A stretch of 64,000 nt of DNA, taken from contig DYGY01000008.1 in the NCBI GenBank assembly GCA_020724425.1, forward strand, positions 4,151 through 68,150. The letters run 5' to 3'. The position numbers and the translations under genes are program-made. Of this stretch, positions 19,154 to 29,186 are shown piece by piece; position 1 is the first letter of the stretch; each line of letters begins with the position of its first letter. Origin of the DNA: Thermaerobacter marianensis (lineage in GTDB: Bacteria > Bacillota > Sulfobacillia > DVGY01). The notes beneath the pieces are model-generated. The model did no database searches. It worked only from the letters and a program-made list of their open reading frames with translations, and had not been told where the DNA came from.

Positions 19154-19789
19154 TTGATAGAGGTTTTGGTTACAGATGATCATCCTATGGTTAGGCAGGG
19201 TCTGATAAGCTTTTTGGAGTCTAGTGATAACATTACTGTAGTTGCAGAGGCTGCAACCGGGGAAGAGGCAATAGCTAAGGCCATCGAGTATAAGCCTGAT
19301 GTGGTTTTAATGGATATTGTACTACCTGGTATAGATGGTGTTGAAGCAACAAAGAGAATTCTTAAGGTTTGTAGGCATACTGCTGTTGTCATGTTAAGTA
19401 GCTATATTGATGAAGAAAAGATAGCTCAGGCTTTACAAGTTGGCGCTGTGGGTTATCTACAGAAAGATATTTCTCCTGTTGAACTGATTAAGGCGATTGA
19501 GGCTGTATCTAAGGGCCAGACATTTCTTCAGGTTGATCTTGTTAGGATTGTTCTGGCCGCTAAACAGGAACAGGAAAAGATCCAAAGAGACTTGGAGAGT
19601 TTAACATCAAGGGAACTAGAGGTTTTAAAAGCTATCGGTGAGGGGAAGAGCAATAAGGAGATAGCTGAGATTCTTTACATTTCTGATAGAACTGTTAAGA
19701 CGCATGTTAGCAATATTCTGCATAAATTAGGACTAGAACATCGTACTCAGGCAGCGATTTATGCGGTGAAGGAGAACATAGTTAGATAG
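19154..19789 (+). CDS. NarL/LuxR-family response regulator
   Basis: DDHPMVRQG, DVVLMD, LTSRELEVL...SNKEIA...TVKTHVSNILHKL. Confidence 0.96.
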   Translation: MIEVLVTDDHPMVRQGLISFLESSDNITVVAEAATGEEAIAKAIEYKPDVVLMDIVLPGIDGVEATKRILKVCRHTAVVMLSSYIDEEKIAQALQVGAVGYLQKDISPVELIKAIEAVSKGQTFLQVDLVRIVLAAKQEQEKIQRDLESLTSRELEVLKAIGEGKSNKEIAEILYISDRTVKTHVSNILHKLGLEHRTQAAIYAVKENIVR

Positions 19790-19833
19790 CGACTGGAAAC
19801 AATTGCCATGCATATGCTGTTATAGGTGATCTT

Positions 19834-20673
19834 ATGGTTAGGTTTTCTCAGGTACAATCAGATCAAGTAGGGGATTTGGCAGAGGCAATTAAAGAAGCAA
19901 ACATCTTGAAGCTGGTAGCTCATCTGGAGGTATCGGGATTTCATCTGGCGTTGGTGGCTAATAAGATTGTGGGTTTTGTTCATTTCTCCAAACCAAAGAA
20001 GGGTGAGGTTTGGTTACAGGCTATGCGTATTCTACCAGGCTATCAGAACAGTGGAGTTGGCACAGAATTTGTAGAGTATCAACTGATAGTGGCGAGGGAT
20101 ATGGGAGCAAGAGTAGTTAGATTAATGACGTTAAAGACCAATGAGAAGATTCAATGGATTATTGGTTCTAAGTACGGGTTCTGCCACTCTGGTATTTATC
20201 TGAGGGGTAGAAGGGCGAGTTTGCAAGATATTTGCTATCTTCATAGGGTTATGGTTGTAACTGCTGAGATTGCAGAGGAGATATGGGCATTCTGGCAAGA
20301 GGATTCTCAGAGTTTGGTTGCTGATGATTATGATGTTCAGAGTTATAAGTCATTTGATTTTGATGATTTGATGCAGTGGATTATCAAGCGAAGGTGCTTG
20401 GTAGTTTTTAGACAGGATACGGTGGATGGTGTACTGCTTTTCAGTGAACAGGAAAGAACTAATGAGCTATTTGTTAATAGGATATATGCAAAAACTGAAG
20501 AGAGTCTCATAAAACTTCTTGATTCTATAGGTTTCTTGGCGGCATATTACGGTTATACACTGGGAATATCAGTTGCAGAAGATAGGCTGACAGAAGTTAC
20601 GCGAAGATGGTGGAAAGAGCATACAAGACAGACGCTTCGAGAGTTTATAGTTTTTGAAAAGCAGCTAATCTAG
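19834..20673 (+). CDS. GNAT-family acetyltransferase with C-terminal extension
   Basis: WLQAMRILPGYQNSGVGT acetyl-CoA-binding motif A and KYGF. Confidence 0.75.
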   Translation: MVRFSQVQSDQVGDLAEAIKEANILKLVAHLEVSGFHLALVANKIVGFVHFSKPKKGEVWLQAMRILPGYQNSGVGTEFVEYQLIVARDMGARVVRLMTLKTNEKIQWIIGSKYGFCHSGIYLRGRRASLQDICYLHRVMVVTAEIAEEIWAFWQEDSQSLVADDYDVQSYKSFDFDDLMQWIIKRRCLVVFRQDTVDGVLLFSEQERTNELFVNRIYAKTEESLIKLLDSIGFLAAYYGYTLGISVAEDRLTEVTRRWWKEHTRQTLREFIVFEKQLI

Positions 20674-20703
20674 TTTTGGAAAGTATTTCTCCCCAGTACC
20701 TAA

Positions 20704-20731
20704 GCACATCTGCTTCAGGTAGGCATATGTT
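20704..20731 (+). promoter_or_regulatory. Sigma-K-like promoter
   Basis: GCAC-N16-CATATGTT matches the mother-cell sigma-K consensus. Confidence 0.5.
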
Positions 20732-20768
20732 GTTTAGGGGTAAGATGAATCAAGAGAAGGGGAGTATC

Positions 20769-21539
20769 ATGGCTATTATTGGAATTAGTGGTGGTGGATA
20801 TCTTAATAGTCGATTAAGGAGATATTTTTCTGAGAGAGGTCATGTGGTAGTTGATCAGGGTTTTCTCTTTAGGTTTCAGGAATCCCTGAAACCTGTTGAA
20901 TACTGGTTAGACTTTCTGGATTGTGAGAGTGTTGACTTCTCTAATAGATCAAAGATAGTTGAGCGTTTGAAACAGGTTGGAACTAAAGGCTATGTACTCA
21001 TAACCCCTTTGAATGACCTTTATGATGTAGAAAGTGAGAGATTCTTTGAAGAGTTTGTGTTTGATAAACCTAAAGATGTGAAGGCTATCTCTATTAGGAT
21101 TGCTGAACTCTTGGTGTTATCTGCTGCAAAGATACATCGCTTGCCTACAGCTGTTATTCGTCAACCGGAGGTTTATGGTCCACCGGATGATACTTCTAGC
21201 TCAGAGTTCCAGCTCTTACCCCGAGGTAAGTATTATCGGAACATAATCTATGTGGAAGACTTACTGAACTACTATGGTGAACTGATTGAATCAGGTTTTT
21301 TGCCGGTTGGTGCATTGCGTAATATTGTTGGTGATACAGTTAATCTTAATCAATTAGGGGAGTTGTTGAGGCAGTTATTGGATAGGGAGACTCACCGGAA
21401 GGTTTATTTACGTAGTGAAGTTAAGGGTATCAGGAGTTCACCTGTTCTATCTCTGGCAAGGAGTTGGCCGAGGAGAACGGGACTCAAGGAAGGTTGGGAA
21501 AAAACAATATCCAGTTTCATGAAGGAGTTTGGGAGCTAG
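20769..21539 (+). CDS. Degenerate NAD-dependent epimerase/dehydratase-like protein
   Basis: ISGGGYLN variant Rossmann motif, IRQPEVYGP, RNIIYVED, TGLKEG; no clear YxxxK. Confidence 0.6.
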   Translation: MAIIGISGGGYLNSRLRRYFSERGHVVVDQGFLFRFQESLKPVEYWLDFLDCESVDFSNRSKIVERLKQVGTKGYVLITPLNDLYDVESERFFEEFVFDKPKDVKAISIRIAELLVLSAAKIHRLPTAVIRQPEVYGPPDDTSSSEFQLLPRGKYYRNIIYVEDLLNYYGELIESGFLPVGALRNIVGDTVNLNQLGELLRQLLDRETHRKVYLRSEVKGIRSSPVLSLARSWPRRTGLKEGWEKTISSFMKEFGS

Positions 21540-21655
21540 ATAGGCTCCTTTTTTGTTTTGCCTTTCTCTTGTGGTGACTATATTTTGGATGATTGAAAGA
21601 ACAATATACTCTGGATTTCAATATTCTATAGGAGAAAATGGAAGGGGGAATATTG

Positions 21656-22762
21656 ATGATACTTGTGACTGGGGCTGATGGGTATCTGGGTTGGCCGGTC
21701 ATGTTACGTTTAGCGAAGACCTTTCCCCAGGAGAGAATTGTTGGTGTTGATAATGGTAAGAGACGTGTGTGGGTTAGAGAGGTTGGTAGTGTTAGTGCCA
21801 TACCTATTGCCTCCATGGTTGATAGGCAGGAGGTTGCCCATGATCGAGGGTTTGTAAACATTACCTTGATTGAAGGGGATCTTGCTGATGTTGAGTTTGT
21901 GAGAGAATTGCTAGGAGTGTTTAAGCCACGAGTAATTGTTCATCTAGGGGCTCAACCATCGGTATCTTATGCTGAGATTAATGCGGTAAAGGCTAGATAT
22001 ACTATGGAGAATAATTGTTCAATGTTGTGTAATCTTCTTTGGACCTTAAAGGAACTGAATTTGCTGGGTACTCATTTTATTGAGACTACTAGTACGGGTG
22101 TTTATGGATCTCTTGCCGATACTGTTTCAAAGACTAATAGGGAGGTCTTGGCTGATTCCTGGATGGAATCAAGCAAGGTTAATAATATTAATCTCTTGTA
22201 TCTTGCGCAGAAACAATGGGGTCTACCGGTTACAGATTTGCGAACAGCAATCATCTATGGGGTGGGAACTAGGGAGACTAGAGAAGCTCATCTACTGGCT
22301 ACACGTTTTGATTTTGATTTCTATTTTGGCACAGTGGTGAATCGGTTTGTGGCTCAAGCACTAGCTCTTTTCCCTTTAACGGTATATGGTAGGGGCTTGC
22401 AGAGAAGACCAGTGATTTCTCTAGAGGATGCTGTAGAATCAGTGGTACGTGCAGTAAAGGTGCCGTCGAGTAATAGTTTTAATATATATAATCAGATGAC
22501 TGGTGCTATAAGGATTGCTGACCTTGCTCAATTGGTGCAGAAAGCTTCGGATAAGCTTGGTTTGAAGGCTGAAGTAGTGCATGTAAGTAATCCTAGAATA
22601 GAAAAGGAAGACAATGAAATAGAGATAGATAATAGGGGATTTGTTAAGCTGCTTCATAAGTCACCTGCTGTTTTACAGGAAGCGATTGAAGAGATGCTTT
22701 TTGCTATGGCTCCTTATGATGATACTCTGAAAGCACATAGTGATCGTTTTATGGAGCGATAG
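21656..22762 (+). CDS. UDP-sulfoquinovose synthase-like (SqdB/Agl3-like) SDR with altered catalytic motif
   Basis: TGADGYLGWP, VDN..RR.W..EVGSVSAIPI, TRFDFDFYFGTVVNRF, PLTVYGRG, NPRIEKE. Confidence 0.8.
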   Translation: MILVTGADGYLGWPVMLRLAKTFPQERIVGVDNGKRRVWVREVGSVSAIPIASMVDRQEVAHDRGFVNITLIEGDLADVEFVRELLGVFKPRVIVHLGAQPSVSYAEINAVKARYTMENNCSMLCNLLWTLKELNLLGTHFIETTSTGVYGSLADTVSKTNREVLADSWMESSKVNNINLLYLAQKQWGLPVTDLRTAIIYGVGTRETREAHLLATRFDFDFYFGTVVNRFVAQALALFPLTVYGRGLQRRPVISLEDAVESVVRAVKVPSSNSFNIYNQMTGAIRIADLAQLVQKASDKLGLKAEVVHVSNPRIEKEDNEIEIDNRGFVKLLHKSPAVLQEAIEEMLFAMAPYDDTLKAHSDRFMER

Positions 22763-22764
22763 GG

Positions 22765-23778
22765 ATGAGAATATTGATGCTTGTTGAACGGTTACGTTTG
22801 GGGGGATTAGAAACCCATGTCATTACCTTGAGTAAAGCTCTTCAGGATTTAGGGCATACAGTCTTCTTGATGACTCCTGTGGTGACATCAGAAATGGAGG
22901 AGTTATTACAAGAATATGGTCTAGACTGTCTTCTCTATCCCGGTCCGAAGGAGACTGTAAACTGGATGAAAGATAAGGGGATAGATATCTTGCATTATCA
23001 TCCAGCTATTAATGACCTGAGTGTGGATTATATTATCCGGGAGACGGGTGTTCCCCTAATACTGACTAGTCACGGTTTCTTTTGTAGCTATATGCCCGTT
23101 TTAATCCCTTATATCGATAAGCTTATCTGTGTTAGCAGGGCTGTTAGGGCCTTTCAACTGAAAAAGAATCCTGAGCTTAAGGATAGGGCGCGAACAATCA
23201 TGAATCCCATAGATGTGGAGCGTTTTCATCCTAGGAACATGCTTTCAGAAAAGACAGTGGTTTTTCTAGGTAGACTAGGAAGGGATAAGTATATGGTGCC
23301 TAATTATGTCCTTAAAGCGATTGCGGGGGTTAGACTTCTGGTAGTTGGTGCCGGTCCTTATAGTCAGAAAGTTAAAGGGAAGATTATTGGTGCAGTTAGT
23401 GATGTCAGGCCCTTTATCTGGCAGGCTGATGTGGTTGTGGGAGAGAGCAGGGTAGCCATGGAAGCCATGGCCTGTGGAAAACCGGTACTTATTGTTGGCA
23501 ACTACGGATATATGGGAGTGGTAACTCCCACAAACCTTAAGAAGTTTGAGTATCATAATTATATGGCTTTTCAGAGAAAACGGAGTAGGGGGAATTTAGC
23601 ATTACTAGCAAGGGATATAAGAATACTGCTGGGGAATAGTGGATTGAGAGACGCTCTTGGGAAGTGGGGGAGAGAGGTAATAGAGGGTAGGTATTCTGCT
23701 AGGTCGATTACCAGTGAAATCCTCAATGTATACAGGGAAGTCTTGAAAGAAGATACTACACACGGGGGTTTAAGGTAA
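22765..23778 (+). CDS. GT4-family (GT-B) glycosyltransferase
   Basis: GGLETHVITL, NPIDVERF, RVAMEAMACGKPV. Confidence 0.88.
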   Translation: MRILMLVERLRLGGLETHVITLSKALQDLGHTVFLMTPVVTSEMEELLQEYGLDCLLYPGPKETVNWMKDKGIDILHYHPAINDLSVDYIIRETGVPLILTSHGFFCSYMPVLIPYIDKLICVSRAVRAFQLKKNPELKDRARTIMNPIDVERFHPRNMLSEKTVVFLGRLGRDKYMVPNYVLKAIAGVRLLVVGAGPYSQKVKGKIIGAVSDVRPFIWQADVVVGESRVAMEAMACGKPVLIVGNYGYMGVVTPTNLKKFEYHNYMAFQRKRSRGNLALLARDIRILLGNSGLRDALGKWGREVIEGRYSARSITSEILNVYREVLKEDTTHGGLR

Positions 23779-24012
23779 TTAATCTCAGTTCCTACTTCAA
23801 CAGGTGATGTCCTAACTCTGTAATTACTGTAGAAAAGTGTTTTCGACATCCATTTCAGCTAGAACAGGTTAGGATACTTGTATGGCTTAAGTATGATCTT
23901 CCTTAACCTAGAGGCTGTAATTAAGAACTCCGTAGGTAGGCGTCTTAGTAAAAGGCTTGTGTTGGACAAAATTAATGGAGGAGCATCTCTGAACTGTTTA
24001 GGTTCAGTTTTT

Positions 24013-24948
24013 TTAATAATCCATGCGTTTTCTTTGTCTTTGGCAATAGTGTTGTTCATTGAGTGTGGTTATTTCGGTTAAGAACTCTTGTTGTAATGGT
24101 GTTAGGTCGGTATTGTTGGGTCTTAGGACTACCAAGTTATAGCTCAGGGACAGTCCTTTAATAGGTATGGTGTGGAGTAGTCCAGAATCTCTTTCTCTTC
24201 GGACGGCAAGGCAAGAGAGTATTGATGCTGCTCGTCTTCCTTGAACCATGCATTTGATGCCATCGATGCTACCAAACTCCATTAGTATTTGCAGGTTCTT
24301 AAGGGCGAGGTTATGTTTGCTTAGTGCTTTTCTAATGATTGCATGAGTTCCACTGTTTTCTTCAGGTAATATTAGCGGGATGGTTAGTAGTTCTTGTAGA
24401 GTTATGTACTCTTTTTGAAGCCATTCTTTTGTGGGGGGGACTACAAGTGCCAGTTCGTCTTTAATAATCTGTTCGGCGGAATATTGTTTGTCTAGTTTGT
24501 CTTCTTCCACTAAAGCAATATCAATGAGGCCGTCATTGAGTTTTGAAAGTATTGCTTCTGTATTATCAACAACTAGTTTGATAGTTGCATCGGGGTGAGA
24601 GTTCTTGAAGTATAGGAGAGTACAGGGGAGTATATATCCTCCAAGTGTTGTACAGGCTCCAATAGATAGTTTTTCTGAGGATCTACGAATTTCTTCTAGT
24701 TCTTGTTCAAGGTTTTCTTTTAGGTTTAGGATTCTCTGACCGGTGTTATAGAGGCGTTCACCTGAAGGTGTTAGTAGGACCCCTTGTCTTGTTCTTTGCA
24801 GAAGGGTAACACCTAATGCAGATTCTATACCTAGAATACGTTGACTTAGTGAGGGCTGACTCATATGTAGGTTCTGAGCAGCTTTGCTGATGCTCTTTTC
24901 TTGAACCACCATGCAGAAAGCGCGTAAATCATCAAGACTTAGGTTCAT
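24013..24948 (-). CDS. LysR-family regulator (CysL/selenium-metabolism-associated type), copy 1
   Basis: SISKAAQNLHMSQPSLSQRI HTH, GACTTLGGYILP, ENSGT; divergent from the rhodanese-reductase operon. Confidence 0.93.
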   Translation of the reverse strand: MNLSLDDLRAFCMVVQEKSISKAAQNLHMSQPSLSQRILGIESALGVTLLQRTRQGVLLTPSGERLYNTGQRILNLKENLEQELEEIRRSSEKLSIGACTTLGGYILPCTLLYFKNSHPDATIKLVVDNTEAILSKLNDGLIDIALVEEDKLDKQYSAEQIIKDELALVVPPTKEWLQKEYITLQELLTIPLILPEENSGTHAIIRKALSKHNLALKNLQILMEFGSIDGIKCMVQGRRAASILSCLAVRRERDSGLLHTIPIKGLSLSYNLVVLRPNNTDLTPLQQEFLTEITTLNEQHYCQRQRKRMDY

Positions 24949-25022
24949 GGTATCACCCCTATAGCGTAGTAGATGTCTTAATTGTAACAGATACCAGATA
25001 ATTATTCAATTTCCTTATATCT

Positions 25023-25058
25023 ATGAGAAATAGTTATAGCGGGATAGGTAAAGAGTAT
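25023..25058. promoter_or_regulatory. Putative tandem LysR T-N11-A boxes, copy 1
   Basis: ATGAGAAATAGTTAT and ATAGGTAAAGAGTAT; similar pair at 31016-31049. Confidence 0.4.
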
Positions 25059-25216
25059 TATGCTTAAAGGCAATATTTTAGGACTTTGATAGCTATCTAG
25101 AAGTATTAAAGGCAAGGTAGGAAGTGGTTAGACACCCTTGTCAGGCTTTGTAGGACCTATAAGATAAGGTTAACAGGTTGTATCGAAAAATAATGCTAAG
25201 GAGTGAAGTAGTTGTG

Positions 25217-25726
25217 ATGAAGAAACTGCAGGTATTGGTAGTTGTCTTGTTGATGCTGGTTCTAGTTGGCGGTTGTAGTCAATCAGGTCAGAATGAGCCG
25301 GTGACTCCTGTAGCTCAGGCTGTTCCAGTTGATAAGGATGCGATTGTGTATGATGCTGTAGAAGGATTCTTTAAAGCACTTGGTACTAAAGAAGGGGTTT
25401 TAGGTAACAACTTGATTGAGGCCGATCAATTGTATGCGGAACTAAGTCAGGATCCGGGTGCATACTTTGTTGTTGATATTCGTGGGGCAGATGATTTTAA
25501 GGCAGGGCATATAGAGGCCGATTCTATTATAAATCTTCCTTTCCGGGAAGTCGGTGACAATTTGCATCTATTACCCAAGGATAGAACTATTGTGGTTACC
25601 TGTTATACCGGTCAAACTGCTGGGCAGACAATTGCAGCTTTAAGAATTGCTGGTTATGATGCAATTTCTTTGAGAAACGGAATGGTTAATGGCTGGTTAA
25701 AGAACGAACTGCCTGTCACTAACTAG
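25217..25726 (+). CDS. Rhodanese-domain lipoprotein (1a)
   Basis: Lipobox LVGGC, VDIR..DF..GHI, active-site CYTGQTA. Confidence 0.92.
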   Translation: MKKLQVLVVVLLMLVLVGGCSQSGQNEPVTPVAQAVPVDKDAIVYDAVEGFFKALGTKEGVLGNNLIEADQLYAELSQDPGAYFVVDIRGADDFKAGHIEADSIINLPFREVGDNLHLLPKDRTIVVTCYTGQTAGQTIAALRIAGYDAISLRNGMVNGWLKNELPVTN

Positions 25727-25743
25727 ACTGGGGAGGGACTGTT

Positions 25744-26271
25744 GTGGGTAGATTTCTAGTTATCTTCCTCGTAATCATTAGTTTATTCGTGAGTGGGTGT
25801 GCTCAAGAGGAACCTAAGAATGTGGTGCCTGAGTCACAAGTGTTTGCGGGTGAAGTTACGGTTGAAGGTACGGTAAAGAGATATTTTGCTGATTCTCCGG
25901 ATCGGGGAATGAACATGATTGATGCAAAAGTCTTATTAGAGGAGCTAGAGACCAATAGGGATCAGTATTTCCTTGTAGATATTCGCAGTCGGGAGGATTT
26001 TGAAAAGGGTTATATTGACTCAACTGATCTTAACGTAGCTTTTGCACAGGTCGGATATAATCTTGATCTTCTCCCTAGGGATAAGACGATAGTTGTTGGT
26101 TGTTATTCAGGTCAGACGGCAGGCCAGGTGGTGGCAGCACTGCGGATAGCTGGTTATGATGCTTATAGCATTCGCGGTGGTATTACCGGTGGTTGGATTA
26201 ATGCGGGATTTCCTACAGTCGGTGCACCGGTTGTGGATCCAAGTGCTGAGAGTTCCGGTGGTTGTGGTTAA
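25744..26271 (+). CDS. Rhodanese-domain lipoprotein with C-terminal GGCG tail (1b)
   Basis: Lipobox FVSGC, active-site CYSGQTA, C-terminus SAESSGGCG. Confidence 0.92.
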   Translation: MGRFLVIFLVIISLFVSGCAQEEPKNVVPESQVFAGEVTVEGTVKRYFADSPDRGMNMIDAKVLLEELETNRDQYFLVDIRSREDFEKGYIDSTDLNVAFAQVGYNLDLLPRDKTIVVGCYSGQTAGQVVAALRIAGYDAYSIRGGITGGWINAGFPTVGAPVVDPSAESSGGCG

Positions 26272-26286
26272 GGGGGAGGGATACCT

Positions 26287-28470
26287 GTGAAGAAAATGAA
26301 CAGAAGAAGTTTTATTAAGTTGAGTACTGTAGCTATGGCAGCTGCTTCAGGGACAGTCTATACTTCGAAGGCTAAGTGGACTGAGGCTGCTAGCAAGACT
26401 CCTCCATCTATAACAAGGAGTTTTTCTGTATGCAATAGTTGTGGAAACCGTTGCAACATTATTGCTTTTAAGCGACAGGGTCGACTCTGGCGAATTAGTG
26501 GTAATCCCAGGGATAATAAGACGGGTGGAAAGATTTGTGCCAGAGGGCATGCTTATGCGGCAATGGTTTATGATCGGTATCGTTTAGGTACCCCTTTAAA
26601 GAGGATGTCTAATGGTTTTGAACCGATTTCCTGGGAACAAGCTTATGAGGAGATTTCTGATAAGCTTAAGGACATCTTACGTAAGAATGGACCTGAAGCT
26701 ATTTTCTGGTCTGAGTATAGCAAGCCAATAAGTAATTTTTATGGTGCTAGGTTTATGGCAGCTTTAGGTTCGCCTAACTGGACAACGCATGCTTCTACTT
26801 GTTTTGCTGCTAGGAATGTTGGTTTTAATCATACTCTTGGTGGTCTACCTACTGGGGATTATGAGAATACCAAATATGTGGTCTTTATTGGTAGGGCTCC
26901 TGCAGATGGTATCGGTACTTCTATTCTCAAGGGCTTGCCAATGGCTAAACAGAAAGGTGCAAAGGTTGTCGCTGTAGATCCACGACTGAGTTATAGTGCT
27001 AATTCGCTAGCTAATGAGTGGATGGCCATAAGACCTGGAACAGATCTTGCTTTGCTGTTAGCTTGGATCCACATAATGATTAAAGAAAATCTATATGACA
27101 GGGAATTTGTTAGCAAGCATACAGTTGGTTTTTCTGATCTGGAAGCAGCTGTTTCGCAATACACTCCTGCTTGGGCTGCTGGTATAACGGGATTACCGGA
27201 AGAACAGATTAGCAGAGTGGTTAAAGAGATGGCTGCTGCTAAACCTGCTGCTTTTGTTGAACCAGGCTGGCATGCCGCTTATGGTTCTAATTACAGGAAT
27301 AGTACACAGACGGCTAGGGCTATAGCGATTATTAATGCTTTGCTTGGGAATTTGAATCAGCCTGGAGGTCTCTGTTTCTATTCAGGAGCTAATCTTGGGA
27401 GTCTTGATAGTAGCAGGCATCAGGCACCGCCGAATTCTCCGTATAAACGGGTTGATGGTGCAGGAGTAGCTGGTAAGTATCCACTTGCTCTTGGTAGTGG
27501 CTTACATCATCTCTTACCGGGTCTTGCTAAGGAAGGTAAATTCAAGGCAGGTTTCTTCTACTCTATTAATCCTGCTAGGACTGTTCCTGATAGGGAGTAT
27601 GTGGTATCTGGATACAAGAATTTAGAGTTGTCTGTAGTTATTGACTGGCAGTTCTCTGAAACTGCAGAACATGTTGCTGATTATATCCTGCCTGAGAGTC
27701 ATCCGCTGGAGAGAGATGGAATTGTTGAGCCGATATCTGCTAGGATGCCACAGGTAAGTATGCAGAGCAAGGCTATTGAACCTGTTCATCCTGGTGCTAG
27801 GGGTTTAGACAGGATTGTTACGGAATTGGCTCAGGCTATGGGTTTCGGTCGCTATTTTGATTTTAAGTTGGATGATCTTAATAAGGCTATGCTATTTCCG
27901 TTAAAGCTCTTTCCTGTACACTTGCAACAGAGGGGTCCTCAAGTGGCCGGTGGTGCATGGGACTATGGTCAAACCATGTTTAGAACTCCTTCAGGGAAGG
28001 TTGAATTAGCCAGCGGGACTTTTGCGGAACATGGATTTAGCAAGGTGCCTATATGGGAGAGTCCTTTAATTGAACCTTCAAGTGGAGAGTTCCGGATAAT
28101 TCATGGTCACCAGGCGTATCTTACCCATTCACAAACCATTAATAATCCTTATTTGGTTTCCATAGCTAAGGACTATCATGGTGAAGCTATCTGGATAAAT
28201 AGCAAGAAGGCAAGGGAATTAGGAATTGCTGATGGGTCAGACGTTATTGTTAGTGCTAAGGGTTATGAGAACAAGGTACGCTGTAAGGTTACCGAGAGAA
28301 TTCATCCAGAGGCGATTTTTGTGCCTGCAGGCTATGGTAGTTTTGCTAGCAAGCTGGAACGAGGATTTGAGCTCGGTATTAGTATGAATGATTTTGTACC
28401 TCATGCAAGTGAGGATATTTCTGGGCATGCCATGATGCAAGAAGCTGTAGTTAGCATCAGGAAGGCATAG
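26287..28470 (+). CDS. Tat-exported Mo-bisMGD oxidoreductase catalytic subunit, PsrA/PhsA/SrrA family, copy 1
   Basis: NRRSFIK twin-arginine signal, CxxCxxxC...KICARG FS0 motif, HASTCF Cys ligand region, RPGTDLAL, C-terminal molybdopterin-binding domain. Confidence 0.92.
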   Translation: MKKMNRRSFIKLSTVAMAAASGTVYTSKAKWTEAASKTPPSITRSFSVCNSCGNRCNIIAFKRQGRLWRISGNPRDNKTGGKICARGHAYAAMVYDRYRLGTPLKRMSNGFEPISWEQAYEEISDKLKDILRKNGPEAIFWSEYSKPISNFYGARFMAALGSPNWTTHASTCFAARNVGFNHTLGGLPTGDYENTKYVVFIGRAPADGIGTSILKGLPMAKQKGAKVVAVDPRLSYSANSLANEWMAIRPGTDLALLLAWIHIMIKENLYDREFVSKHTVGFSDLEAAVSQYTPAWAAGITGLPEEQISRVVKEMAAAKPAAFVEPGWHAAYGSNYRNSTQTARAIAIINALLGNLNQPGGLCFYSGANLGSLDSSRHQAPPNSPYKRVDGAGVAGKYPLALGSGLHHLLPGLAKEGKFKAGFFYSINPARTVPDREYVVSGYKNLELSVVIDWQFSETAEHVADYILPESHPLERDGIVEPISARMPQVSMQSKAIEPVHPGARGLDRIVTELAQAMGFGRYFDFKLDDLNKAMLFPLKLFPVHLQQRGPQVAGGAWDYGQTMFRTPSGKVELASGTFAEHGFSKVPIWESPLIEPSSGEFRIIHGHQAYLTHSQTINNPYLVSIAKDYHGEAIWINSKKARELGIADGSDVIVSAKGYENKVRCKVTERIHPEAIFVPAGYGSFASKLERGFELGISMNDFVPHASEDISGHAMMQEAVVSIRKA

Positions 28471-28481
28471 GGGGTGTAATT

Positions 28482-29186
28482 GTGGGTCAGTATGCAATGA
28501 TTATTGATAGTAATAGGTGTGTGAGTTGTTTTGCCTGTCGAGTTGCCTGTCAGCTACAGAATGACTTACCTCCAGAATTGAGTCGAATTAAGTTTACCGA
28601 ACAGGAAAAAGGGGTATTCCCCGATACAAGAGTACTGGTGTTACCCACTCAGTGCATGCACTGTGATGATCCGCCCTGTGTTGAGGTGTGTCCAACAGGT
28701 GCCTCGTTTAAGAGGGAGGATGGTTTGGTACTAATTGATTATGAAAAATGTATAGGTTGTCAGTATTGTGTTAGTGCTTGCCCTTATAGTGCAAGATCCT
28801 ATAACCCTAGGACTAAAACGGTAGATAAGTGTACCTTCTGTGCTCCCCGTTTGGCTCAGGGTCAGGGACCTGCCTGTGTTGAAGCATGTATAACAGGGGC
28901 AAGGATATTTGGTAAGGTTGATGAAGAGGGTTCACCGGTACAGGCGCTACTTAAAGATCAAAGGACTAACCAGGTTAAAGGGACCTTGATGTATTATCGT
29001 GTAGGTGAGAAATGGCTAGATGAAATACCTGCTGATGCACATCGTCCTGCCTATGCAAGCCGATTGGTTACCAGGCAACCTGTTGGTACAGCTCTCTTGG
29101 GATTATCTGCTGGAGCAGTAGCTGCCAGTTTTGTTCTCACAAGAGTACGCCGGTCTGGGGAGGGGGATCATGATGAAAAGGATTAA
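28482..29186 (+). CDS. 4x[4Fe-4S] electron-transfer subunit (PsrB/PhsB-like) with C-terminal TM helix, copy 1
   Basis: CVSCFACRVAC, CMHCDDPPCVEVCP, CIGCQYCVSACP, KCTFC...PACVEAC. Confidence 0.93.
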   Translation: MGQYAMIIDSNRCVSCFACRVACQLQNDLPPELSRIKFTEQEKGVFPDTRVLVLPTQCMHCDDPPCVEVCPTGASFKREDGLVLIDYEKCIGCQYCVSACPYSARSYNPRTKTVDKCTFCAPRLAQGQGPACVEACITGARIFGKVDEEGSPVQALLKDQRTNQVKGTLMYYRVGEKWLDEIPADAHRPAYASRLVTRQPVGTALLGLSAGAVAASFVLTRVRRSGEGDHDEKD

